In this document: positions 10,228 to 19,150 of the stretch, in pieces
How the letters are laid out: each line of letters opens with the position of its first letter
How positions within the stretch are numbered: the first letter of the stretch is position 1
NCBI GenBank assembly: GCA_963665295.1
Contig: OY762209.1
Span: 2,560,001 to 2,624,000, forward strand
DNA from: Syntrophorhabdaceae bacterium
Lineage (GTDB): Bacteria; Desulfobacterota; Syntrophorhabdia; Syntrophorhabdales; Syntrophorhabdaceae
DNA: 64,000 nucleotides
Reading direction: 5' to 3'
The notes under the pieces: generated by a model
The model's database searches: none
What the model was told of the DNA's origin: nothing
What the model saw: only the letters and a program-made list of their open reading frames with translations
Made by a program: the position numbers and the translations under genes

Positions 10228-10788
10228 ATGAAACGATCACTGGTTTTTGCAGTATTCTTGATGTTGACTGCCGCCACTTTCGCCTGGGCCGCGGCGATTC
10301 AACTCCCCAGGACAGGCCAGACCACGTGCTATGATTCCGGGGGTACGGCAATCGACTGCTGGGGCACCGGCCAGGACGGGGAGTACGAGGCGGGAGCCGC
10401 ATGGCCTTCCGAGCGGTTCGCGGTGTACGGGGACTGTGTGACCGACAACCTCACGGGCCTCATGTGGCCGAAGGCCGCGCAAAACACCGCGTCGAGTTGG
10501 ACCAATGCCCTGGACTACGCAAACAATCTCACCCTCTGCGGCTACTCCGACTGGCGGCTTCCCAACGTCAACGAACTGGAAAGCCTGCTCAATTCGGAAC
10601 GGGCGAGCAGCGCCGACTGGCTCAACAGCCAGGGGTTCAGCGGCGTGCAATCAGTTAATTACTATTGGACGTCGTCGGTCTCGAACTACGACGGCCGCGC
10701 CTGGATCAGACAGCTGGCGAAGGGCGATCTGCGCACCGGCACCAAGCTTAACACCAATTACGTGTGGCCCGTCCGGGATGCGCAATGA
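10228..10788 (+). CDS. Secreted DUF1566 (Lcl C-terminal, C-type-lectin-like) domain protein
   Basis: Motifs VTDNLTGLMW, CGYSDWRLPNVNELESL, YYWTSS and VWPVR; signal peptide; AAGGAGG SD. Confidence 0.9.
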   Translation: MKRSLVFAVFLMLTAATFAWAAAIQLPRTGQTTCYDSGGTAIDCWGTGQDGEYEAGAAWPSERFAVYGDCVTDNLTGLMWPKAAQNTASSWTNALDYANNLTLCGYSDWRLPNVNELESLLNSERASSADWLNSQGFSGVQSVNYYWTSSVSNYDGRAWIRQLAKGDLRTGTKLNTNYVWPVRDAQ

Positions 10789-10802
10789 AGGAGGATATCT
10801 TG

Positions 10803-13607
10803 ATGATAGTGAGAATATGTCTCGCACTGTTGATTACGCTTATGACCTTCTCTTCGGCTCATGCCTGGCCGTCGCCGGTCTGGAAAACGGGTCAGACCCT
10901 GACCCAGTGGGCAGGAGACGACGGGGAACTTCGGAAGGGCGTGGAATGGCCCTCGCCACGCTTCACTGTTGACGGGGAGTGCGTCACCGACAATCTCACC
11001 GGCCTTATGTGGAGTGTGGACGCAAATCCCACGGGCGGCACCAGTTGGCAGGGGGCGTTCGATTACGCGGACAGCCTCACCCTCTGCGGCCACTCCGACT
11101 GGCGGGTCCCCAACAGGAAGGAAATGATGAGCCTCGTGGACCGCTCGCAGTTTACGCCCGCCCTCCCCGCGGACCATCCCTTTACCAACGTCGTGGCGAG
11201 CGGCTATTACTGGACATCGACCACGTGCGCATACTACCCGGGTTACACATGGTATATCCGCATGCAGTCCGGCGAGGAGGAGCGCGGCGCCAAGGGCAAC
11301 TCGTGGCCCGTGTGGCCCGTCCGCGGAGGCGGACCTTTCCGGGTCAAAATAGGCTTGACCCCCTTGTCCGGCGCTGCGGGCACCGTGTTCACACAGAAGG
11401 GTATGGGGTTTACTCCGGGCGGCACCGCGACGCTCCACGTGAGGCAGTCCGATGGGGCCGAATTTCCGACCGTCACGCTCCCCCTCAGCTCACACGGCCG
11501 CTTCGTGGCCACGCGCGCCACGCCCACGGATCTTCCCGCGGGCAACTATACGTGGTGGAGCGTTGACGATGCCACGGGTATGAAGACCGACGAGATGACG
11601 TTCCGCATCGAGCCCCAACAAACCTACCCTCTGACCGTGGTGAAATCGGGCCTGGGCAAAGGGACTGTCACGGGTCCTTCCGCGGGGATCAGTTGCGGCG
11701 ACACGTGCAGCGCTCAGCTTGCGCCGGGGACACAGGTCGTGCTTACGGCTAAAGCCGACGCGGCCCACGAGTTCATCGGCTGGACCGGGGCCTGCTTCGG
11801 CACCGATGACTGCACGGTCACTGTGGACGCCGGCACTACGGTAGGGGCCATGTTTCAGGACCGGACCAAATCGGTGGAACACGTGGTCCTCCTCGTGGTT
11901 GATGGCCTGAGACCTGATTATTTCTACAGTATGCTCGACGAAAACTGGGGGGGCGGTGAATCCAGCGAGTATCCGTTTATGCGCTCCCTCTTCAGGGATG
12001 CGCCGTACTTCAGGATCGACAAGTGCATGAGCACCTTTCCGACGGCAGCTTACTCGGACAATGCTTCCCTCGTCACGGGCAGTTATCCGGCGAAACACGG
12101 CATTCAGGGTGACGCGTGGTGCGACCGCACAACTCAGGTGTGCCGCGATTATGCGGGAAGCGATGAGATCAAGGTCTTCCAGCAGGGGATTGCGACAGCC
12201 GATTTGGACAGCGCGGCAACGACCGTGTATGACCTTCTTGCGGAGAAAGGCCTGAGCAGCCAGATCACCTTTCATATGTATAGCGGGAAAAATACGGCAG
12301 GCAAAATTGTCTGGACGGCGCCCGAGCCGGCGGATAACGCCGAGGTTGTGCGAAACGCGGAAAAGCGCGACAACAACATGATCTATGAAGCATTAACACA
12401 GATAAAGAAGAGGGGGCTCCCGAATCTGCTCACCCTCCATTTTGCGGGCCACGATTATGCCGTTCGGAAGAACGGAAAGGACGACAGTTTTGAATACGTG
12501 CAACAGGCAATCGACCCTCTCCTAGGCATTCTCATCGAAGGCGGAGAGCTTGAGAGGTACGGCTCCACCGTTGCCGAGAGGATGCGCTTCCCCGGATTGA
12601 TAAGCGGATTTGCCGAGCAACTCGCGAAGACGGTGTTCGTGATCACTTCCGGCCACGGCGCGAGCTCGATCGTGGATGACGGGAAACACATGATCCGGGT
12701 ATCCGATATTCGCGAGGCCCTCGAAGGCGCGGGGTTCGACGCGGATAATACCTGGATATCGACAAACGGTGGGATGGCCCACATTTACATTCGCAACAGG
12801 GCCACGGCGAACTGGGCCGATTATCCGCAGTCCAGCGATATAGCCCTTGCCTATGCCGCCCTCTCAAACCAGAGGGAGACCCTCGGAATAGACCGGGTTC
12901 TGGCAAGGGACTCGAAAAAGACGGGCGGCTGGACCGCCTCCTACAAAAGCAATCCCAAGGCCCTCCCGGCAGAGGACGGTAAGAGAGTTTCAAAGCTGGC
13001 ATCCGTCCGAAGCGGAGACATAATCCTCATTCCGGGGGCAGGGTATGAGTTTGGTTCCACCCTCCACAAAAGCGGCCACGGAGGTCTGAGCAAGGAGGAT
13101 TCCCTTGTTCCTCTCGTGTTCTCGGGTACTCCCTTAGGATACAACCAGAAAGTCGTCAAGACCGCCAACATCACGGTTTGTGACGTGGCTCCCACTATCA
13201 GCGCGCTTTTGGGGATACAGATGACGAATGCAGACGGGAAGGCTATTTCGGAGGTGGTGAAAGCCTCTGCCGCAATGGAGGATATCTCCGTCTCACCGAA
13301 GGCCCTCTCCTTCGGGAATGTAGCCCGCACAAAATCCGCAACACGGAAAATTACCATCACCAATAAAGGGAAGAAGAACCTTTCCATAGACAAAGTTGCG
13401 GTAGGCGGAACACATGCGTCCGATTTCGCGGTTCCCGGTGCGACGGACACCTGTACGGGGCAGAGCATTGCGCCCAGGAGGACATGCACGGTTTCGGTGG
13501 TATTCACCCCCGGGGATGAGGGGAAGAGGAGTGCCGCCATAGAGATATCATCGAGCGACCCGGACGCTCCGTCCACGATAGTGTCTGCCGCGGGAACCGG
13601 CACCTGA
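10803..13607 (+). CDS. Secreted multidomain protein: DUF1566, Ig-like, InlB-B-repeat-like, degenerate alkaline-phosphatase-superfamily (NPP/type I phosphodiesterase) domain, C-terminal choice-of-anchor-D/ASH-like domain
   Basis: AAGGAGG SD supports ATG 10803. DUF1566 motifs; VVLLVVDGLRPD…SLVTGSYPAKHGI…VITSGHG…SGHGGLS…VPLVFSG…DVAPTI; tail 'ISVSP..LSFG.V…ITITNKG…L.I…DTC….I.P…CTVSVVFTP'. Confidence 0.85.
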   Translation: MIVRICLALLITLMTFSSAHAWPSPVWKTGQTLTQWAGDDGELRKGVEWPSPRFTVDGECVTDNLTGLMWSVDANPTGGTSWQGAFDYADSLTLCGHSDWRVPNRKEMMSLVDRSQFTPALPADHPFTNVVASGYYWTSTTCAYYPGYTWYIRMQSGEEERGAKGNSWPVWPVRGGGPFRVKIGLTPLSGAAGTVFTQKGMGFTPGGTATLHVRQSDGAEFPTVTLPLSSHGRFVATRATPTDLPAGNYTWWSVDDATGMKTDEMTFRIEPQQTYPLTVVKSGLGKGTVTGPSAGISCGDTCSAQLAPGTQVVLTAKADAAHEFIGWTGACFGTDDCTVTVDAGTTVGAMFQDRTKSVEHVVLLVVDGLRPDYFYSMLDENWGGGESSEYPFMRSLFRDAPYFRIDKCMSTFPTAAYSDNASLVTGSYPAKHGIQGDAWCDRTTQVCRDYAGSDEIKVFQQGIATADLDSAATTVYDLLAEKGLSSQITFHMYSGKNTAGKIVWTAPEPADNAEVVRNAEKRDNNMIYEALTQIKKRGLPNLLTLHFAGHDYAVRKNGKDDSFEYVQQAIDPLLGILIEGGELERYGSTVAERMRFPGLISGFAEQLAKTVFVITSGHGASSIVDDGKHMIRVSDIREALEGAGFDADNTWISTNGGMAHIYIRNRATANWADYPQSSDIALAYAALSNQRETLGIDRVLARDSKKTGGWTASYKSNPKALPAEDGKRVSKLASVRSGDIILIPGAGYEFGSTLHKSGHGGLSKEDSLVPLVFSGTPLGYNQKVVKTANITVCDVAPTISALLGIQMTNADGKAISEVVKASAAMEDISVSPKALSFGNVARTKSATRKITITNKGKKNLSIDKVAVGGTHASDFAVPGATDTCTGQSIAPRRTCTVSVVFTPGDEGKRSAAIEISSSDPDAPSTIVSAAGTGT

Positions 13608-14170
13608 CCGACACCCCGACCAAGAAGAAGGTCTTTACCGTGACGGAAAAGAAGAAATAGAGACGTGAAGATACGGATAAAGGGGCGGGCCGCGAAGGCC
13701 CGCCCCCCTTACACCATGAGAAGCGCTCCGGCGCGGAAGGAGGTTATGTGAAGTCCCTACTTGGCCAAGTATTACCTGTGTTGTCTCTCCTCAGCCTGCT
13801 CTTTTTTGCCTGTTTCCCGGCAACCCCTGTCCACGGGGTGGTGAAGATCGATTCAGAGCTTCGAAAGCTCATGAGCGAGGATGAATCGACGGGCTATATC
13901 ATACACTTCAAATCGAAGCTCAGCCTCAAGAAGGCATACGCCATGGAATGGAAGGCACGGGGTCGCTTCGTCGCCGACACCCTGAGAGATACGGCAAACG
14001 AGTCCCAGGCCGGCGTAAAAGCGTACCTCAAGGACAGGAACGCCCTGTACAAAAGCTTCTGGGTAGGGAATATGATCGTGGTGGAGGCGTCCGACCTCGC
14101 CACTCTCAACGGCCTCGAGGACTTCCCCGAAATAGACCGGATCGCCCGGCGACCCAGGATAGTTCTCCAC
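13602..14170 (+). repeat. Copy 2 of the S8 5' cassette (569 bp, identical to 7385-7953)
   Basis: Direct comparison at offset 6217 bp; the alternative-frame ORFs in the track are also identical here. Confidence 0.95.
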
Positions 14171-16390
14171 AAACCGGTGGAAACGGGGGCAGCATCCCAT
14201 GAAGTCACGGGCGTGGAGCCTAACCTCTCCCACGTGAGGGCCGACCAGGTGTGGACTACCCTCGGCATCAAGGGGAGCGGGGTAACGGTGGCGAATATCG
14301 ACACGGGCGTGCGCTACACCCACCAGGCCCTTGTGAACCAGTACCGGGGAAATTCGGGCGGGGTCTACGACCACAACTACAACTGGTGGGACGCCACGGG
14401 CAGTTACCCCACCTCTCCCGATGATGAGAACGGTCATGGCACTCACACCATGGGCATCATGGTGGGTGACGATGGTGGATCCCGCCGGATCGGCATGGCG
14501 CCGGAGGCGAAGTGGATCGCGTGCCGGGGATGCACGGCGGACTCTTGCATCGACGAGGCCGTTCTTGAATGCGCCCAGTGGATGGTTGCCCCGTGGGACC
14601 TGAGTAAGTCTTCGCCCAATCCTGCCTTGCGGCCCCAGGTGGTGAACAACTCATGGGGCGACTGCAGCCAAAGTTATGACGGCTGGTTTCAGGCCGTCGT
14701 GGACGCCTGGCACGCGGCCGGCATATATCCCGTCTTTTCGGGCGGCAACGCAAGCGACTGCGGATATTCCAGATGGGTGCCGCCGTGCGGGACCGTGGGC
14801 AATCCCGGACGGTACGGGAATGTGACCGCCGTGGGCCCCACGGATAAGTCAAGCGACGGAGTATCGTACACCGCCACCAGGGGCCCCACGGACAGCGCCG
14901 ACACGATAAACCCCGGTGGCTACCCGTACCTGAAACCCCAGGTGATGGCACCGGGCATCTCGATCGTCTCGTCCTACAATACCGGCGATGACGGGTACCA
15001 GTGGATTACCGGCGCTTCGACGGCGGCTCCTCATGTGGCCGGTCTTGTTGCCCTCATACTCAGCGGGTGCCCCAGCCTTTCGGAAAGCTATGGTGAAGTG
15101 GAGACGGCCATTCAGAATTCCGCAGTCCCCATCTCCTGGAGCTCAAGTTGTGGAAACGAGGGACCGGACGCTGTGCCGAACAACGTAACGGGCTGGGGCA
15201 GAATCGATGCCCTCGCAGCCCTCACGCTCACCTCGGGGATCTGCACCACCGGCATTGTCGGCGGGACCGTGCGGGATGCCCGCACGCAAAAACCCATCGA
15301 GGGTGCCAACGTGACGGGGGCAGGCGCCGCGGTGACGAATGCCTCGGGCCAATTCACATTGAAGCCCGTCTCCGAAGGATCGTGGACGGTGAGGGCCTCG
15401 GCCCACGGTTACTACGACCAGTCCGCCACGGCCCGCGTGACCAGGAGCGTCACCACGACCGTCGATATCAGCCTTGTGCCGAAGGGCATGACCACACTGA
15501 CCGGCAAGGTGACGGACGGCTCGGGCGCGAAATGGCCGCTTTACGCGACCCTCGCGGCAACGAACAACAATGTGACGGTGGGAGCCTCCACCAACGCCTC
15601 CACGGGGGCCTACACAATGAAGGTGTACAGGGACACCGATTATGCCTTCAAGGTTTCCTCTCCCGGGTACGCTGCCGCGGAGGCCACCCTTACGACAACG
15701 GGAAAATTCAGCCCGAGGAACTTCAGCCTCATGGTCGGCCCCGATTGCTCCGCCCAGGGATACACGCTTTCCGGGGGCGAGTGCTCTGTCCGGAGCGGGG
15801 GCCTCGTCACCGGCCTCACCAGGGACGGGAACACAAAGAGCCCGCTGCCGGGCATGGTGGTGAGTTCCCTATCAGGGTCGGCAACGAGCGACTCGGGCGG
15901 GAGGTACATCGTGTTCTCGCCTGCGGGAAAAAACTCGTTTACCGCCAACCCGTCGGCCCTCTCGAACTACGGTAGTCTTACGCGACGGGTGACTGCTGCG
16001 GCGGGCAAGACCGTTAGCTCCGATTTTGACCTTCCCGCGCCTGTATTGAAAGGTCCGAAGAGTGTGAGCGTGACCCTCGCCCAGGGCTCGACGAAGAAGA
16101 CGACGGTCAAACTGCAGAACGCCGGGGGGGTTTCGACACCCTTCACCCTTACCTCGACTGAGGCGGCGTGGCTCGGTATATCACCCGTCTCGGATACCCT
16201 GGGAGCGAAGAAGAGCGAGTCCGTCGCGCTCGCCTTCGACGCCGCCGGACTGAGCACCGGTACTTACAACGCCGTGATAACCGTGAGCGGGGCGACCCCG
16301 TACGACTCCTCGTCCATTTTCGTGACCATGAAGGTGACTGCGGGGAAGAAGGGCGGGATATCAGGTGAATCCGACAATGAAGGGGAATAG
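13748..16390 (+). CDS. Secreted S8 serine protease, copy 2 (atypical nucleophile motif GASTAAPH)
   Basis: NIDTGV, NGHGTHTMG and TGASTAAPHV; same architecture as copy 1. Confidence 0.92.
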   Translation: MKSLLGQVLPVLSLLSLLFFACFPATPVHGVVKIDSELRKLMSEDESTGYIIHFKSKLSLKKAYAMEWKARGRFVADTLRDTANESQAGVKAYLKDRNALYKSFWVGNMIVVEASDLATLNGLEDFPEIDRIARRPRIVLHKPVETGAASHEVTGVEPNLSHVRADQVWTTLGIKGSGVTVANIDTGVRYTHQALVNQYRGNSGGVYDHNYNWWDATGSYPTSPDDENGHGTHTMGIMVGDDGGSRRIGMAPEAKWIACRGCTADSCIDEAVLECAQWMVAPWDLSKSSPNPALRPQVVNNSWGDCSQSYDGWFQAVVDAWHAAGIYPVFSGGNASDCGYSRWVPPCGTVGNPGRYGNVTAVGPTDKSSDGVSYTATRGPTDSADTINPGGYPYLKPQVMAPGISIVSSYNTGDDGYQWITGASTAAPHVAGLVALILSGCPSLSESYGEVETAIQNSAVPISWSSSCGNEGPDAVPNNVTGWGRIDALAALTLTSGICTTGIVGGTVRDARTQKPIEGANVTGAGAAVTNASGQFTLKPVSEGSWTVRASAHGYYDQSATARVTRSVTTTVDISLVPKGMTTLTGKVTDGSGAKWPLYATLAATNNNVTVGASTNASTGAYTMKVYRDTDYAFKVSSPGYAAAEATLTTTGKFSPRNFSLMVGPDCSAQGYTLSGGECSVRSGGLVTGLTRDGNTKSPLPGMVVSSLSGSATSDSGGRYIVFSPAGKNSFTANPSALSNYGSLTRRVTAAAGKTVSSDFDLPAPVLKGPKSVSVTLAQGSTKKTTVKLQNAGGVSTPFTLTSTEAAWLGISPVSDTLGAKKSESVALAFDAAGLSTGTYNAVITVSGATPYDSSSIFVTMKVTAGKKGGISGESDNEGE

Positions 16391-16399
16391 ACGCACAAT

Positions 16400-16450
16400 G
16401 CGCCGTTATTCCGAAGGGGTTCTTGTGAAACGATCGTTCATATCTGCAAA
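16400..16450 (+). pseudogene. Relic of the RBS and first codons of a DUF1566-gene paralog
   Basis: gcgccgttattccgaaggggttcttGTGAAACGATCG aligns with gcgccggtcattccaaggaggtcttATGAAACGATCA at 10203-10239 (VKRSFISA vs MKRSLVFA) and sits in the same position after an S8 gene. Confidence 0.6.
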
Positions 16451-16919
16451 ACACCATGAGAAGCGCTCCGGCGCGGAAGGAGGTTATGTGAAGTCCCTAC
16501 TTGGCCAAGTATTACCTGTGTTGTCTCTCCTCAGCCTGCTCTTTTTTGCCTGTTTCCCGGCAACCCCTGTCCACGGGGTGGTGAAGATCGATTCAGAGCT
16601 TCGAAAGCTCATGAGCGAGGATGAATCGACGGGCTATATCATACACTTCAAATCGAAGCTCAGCCTCAAGAAGGCATACGCCATGGAATGGAAGGCACGG
16701 GGTCGCTTCGTCGCCGACACCCTGAGAGATACGGCAAACGAGTCCCAGGCCGGCGTAAAAGCGTACCTCAAGGACAGGAACGCCCTGTACAAAAGCTTCT
16801 GGGTAGGGAATATGATCGTGGTGGAGGCGTCCGACCTCGCCACTCTCAACGGCCTCGAGGACTTCCCCGAAATAGACCGGATCGCCCGGCGACCGAGGAT
16901 AGTTCTCCACGAGCCCGTG
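16451..16919 (+). repeat. Copy 3 of the S8 5' cassette (469 bp, 1 mismatch to 7494-7962)
   Basis: Direct comparison at offset 8957 bp. Confidence 0.95.
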
Positions 16920-19124
16920 GAAATATTTCCTGCCACCCAAAACTCGAGTATAGCGCCGAACCTCTCCCACGTGAGGGTCGACCAGGTGTGGACCACCCTC
17001 GGCATCAAGGGGAGCGGGGTAACGGTGGCGAATATCGACACGGGCGTGCGCTACACCCACCAGGCCCTCGTGAACCAGTACCGGGGCAATTCGGGCGGGG
17101 CCTATAACCACAACTACAACTGGTGGGACCCCTACGGCGACCATCCCGCCGAGCCGGGCGACGATCTCGGCCACGGGAGCCACACCATGGGCGTCATGGT
17201 GGGCTCCGACGGAGGATCGAACCAGACCGGCATGGCACCGGAGGCAAGGTGGATCGCCTGCAGGGCATGCAGCACGAGCTCCTGCAGCGACACGGCCCTC
17301 TTCGAATGCGGCCAGTGGGTGATCGCCCCGTGGGACTTGAACAAGTCTTCTCCCGATCCGGACTTGAGGCCCCAGGTGGTGAACAACTCGTGGAGCGACT
17401 GCAGCCGGAGCTATGAGGACTTTTTTCAGGATGTCATCGATGCCTGGCATGCGGCCGGCATCTACCCTGTCTTTTCAGCCGGTAATGCAGGCAACTGTGG
17501 ATACCCGGAGCCTCCGGGATGCGGGACCATAGGCGGCCCCGGGCGACTCGCCAATGTGACCGCAGTGGGCGCAACAGGCACAAGCGACGGGCAGTATGCG
17601 AGCTTCTCGAACTGGGGCCCCACGGACACCCCCGACACGGTGAACCCCGGCGGCTATCCCTACGTGAAGCCCCAGGTAGTGGCGCCGGGGGCCTCGATCG
17701 TTTCTTCCTATAACTCCGGCGATGGCGGATATGTATCCATGTCCGGTACTTCCATGGCGGCCCCGCACGTGGCGGGCCTCGTAGCGCTTATGCTCAACGC
17801 GTGCCCAAGCCTTTCCCAAATGTATGGAAAAGCGGAGACACTCATTCAGAGGACTGCCGTCCCCATCCCGTATGCGTCGAACTGCGGAGGCGAGGGGCCG
17901 GGCAACGTGCCGAACAATGCAACGGGCTGGGGCGAGATCGACGCCCTCGCAGCGGTTCGGTCCGCCGCAGAGAGCTGCACATGCGGCGCGGTCACCGGGA
18001 CGGTACGGGACGCCCGCACCAAGAATGCGATCGAGGGCGCGAAAGTGACAGGTGCCGCGGGCACGACCACGGATGCATCGGGTCGATTCACCCTGGACTA
18101 TCTCCCGCCGGGGTCGCAGAACCTGAATGCCTCCCGCCAGGGTTATTACGACAGGACCATCACGATGACCATCGCCAAAAACGCCACTACGACCGTCGAT
18201 ATCAGTCTTGAGCCGAAAGCCATGACCACGCTGACCGGCAAGGTGACGGACGGCTCCGGGGCGAAATGGCCGCTTTACGGGACCGTGGCGGCTACGAGCA
18301 ATGACGAGACGGTGAGGGCCTTCACCAACGCCGCTACCGGGGCCTACACAATGAAGTTGTACAAAGACACTGCGTATGCTTTGCGGGTCTCCTCTACCGG
18401 GTATACCACCGCGGAGACCACCTTTACCACGACGGGAAAATTCAGCCCGAGGAATTTCAGCCTCATGGTCGGCCCCGATTGCTCCGCCCAGGGATACGCG
18501 CTTTCCGGGGGCGCGTGCGCTGTCCGGAGCGGGGGTCTCGTCACCGGCCTCACCAGGGACGCGAACACGAAGAGCCTGGTGCCGGGCATTGTGGTGAATT
18601 CCATATTCGGCACGGGAACGAGCGACTCGAGCGGAAGGTATGTCTTTTTCTCACCTGCAGGGAACAGCCCTTTTGTCGGCAACCCCTCGGCCCTCTCGAA
18701 CTACGGCAGCCTTACCCGATGGGTGACCGTCACAGCGGGCAAGATCGTCACCTCCAATTTCGACCTTCCTGCGCCTGTATTGAAGGGGCCGAAGAGTGTG
18801 AGCGTGACCCTTGCTCAAGGCTCGACGAAGAAGGCCACGGTCAAGCTGCAGAACGCCGGGGGGGTCTCGACGCCCTTCACCCTTACCTCGACCGAGGCGG
18901 CGTGGCTCGGTATATCACCCGCCTCGGGCGTCCTGGAGGCAAAGAAGACTCAATCCGTCACGCTCAGCTTCGACGCTGCCGGCATGAGCGCGGGCGTGCA
19001 CAGCGCTCTGATAAATGTGAGCGGCGTGACCCCGTACGACCCTCTGTCCATTCCTGTGACGATGAAGGTAACGGCCGCGAAGAAAGGCGGGACATGGGAT
19101 GAGACCAACTATGGAGATGAATAG
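16488..19124 (+). CDS. Secreted S8 serine protease, copy 3
   Basis: Start set by homology to copies 1 and 2 (GTG after AAGGAGG); NIDTGV, LGHGSHTMG and SGTSMAAPHV. Confidence 0.92.
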   Translation: MKSLLGQVLPVLSLLSLLFFACFPATPVHGVVKIDSELRKLMSEDESTGYIIHFKSKLSLKKAYAMEWKARGRFVADTLRDTANESQAGVKAYLKDRNALYKSFWVGNMIVVEASDLATLNGLEDFPEIDRIARRPRIVLHEPVEIFPATQNSSIAPNLSHVRVDQVWTTLGIKGSGVTVANIDTGVRYTHQALVNQYRGNSGGAYNHNYNWWDPYGDHPAEPGDDLGHGSHTMGVMVGSDGGSNQTGMAPEARWIACRACSTSSCSDTALFECGQWVIAPWDLNKSSPDPDLRPQVVNNSWSDCSRSYEDFFQDVIDAWHAAGIYPVFSAGNAGNCGYPEPPGCGTIGGPGRLANVTAVGATGTSDGQYASFSNWGPTDTPDTVNPGGYPYVKPQVVAPGASIVSSYNSGDGGYVSMSGTSMAAPHVAGLVALMLNACPSLSQMYGKAETLIQRTAVPIPYASNCGGEGPGNVPNNATGWGEIDALAAVRSAAESCTCGAVTGTVRDARTKNAIEGAKVTGAAGTTTDASGRFTLDYLPPGSQNLNASRQGYYDRTITMTIAKNATTTVDISLEPKAMTTLTGKVTDGSGAKWPLYGTVAATSNDETVRAFTNAATGAYTMKLYKDTAYALRVSSTGYTTAETTFTTTGKFSPRNFSLMVGPDCSAQGYALSGGACAVRSGGLVTGLTRDANTKSLVPGIVVNSIFGTGTSDSSGRYVFFSPAGNSPFVGNPSALSNYGSLTRWVTVTAGKIVTSNFDLPAPVLKGPKSVSVTLAQGSTKKATVKLQNAGGVSTPFTLTSTEAAWLGISPASGVLEAKKTQSVTLSFDAAGMSAGVHSALINVSGVTPYDPLSIPVTMKVTAAKKGGTWDETNYGDE

Positions 19125-19150
19125 CCCGTCCGGCGATAAGGAGAGAAGTG

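Noticed and set aside
10600..11330. DUF1566 domains as targets of a diversity-generating retroelement
   Set aside because: No reverse transcriptase or template repeat is visible in the window. The two domains differ at all base types, not just adenines, and one is N-terminal. A remote DGR cannot be excluded.
16365..16487. ORF-track N-terminal extensions (also 10764, 28719, 42118, 50820, 53904, 56753)
   Set aside because: SD positions, signal peptides and paralog or family alignment support the downstream starts given in the features.
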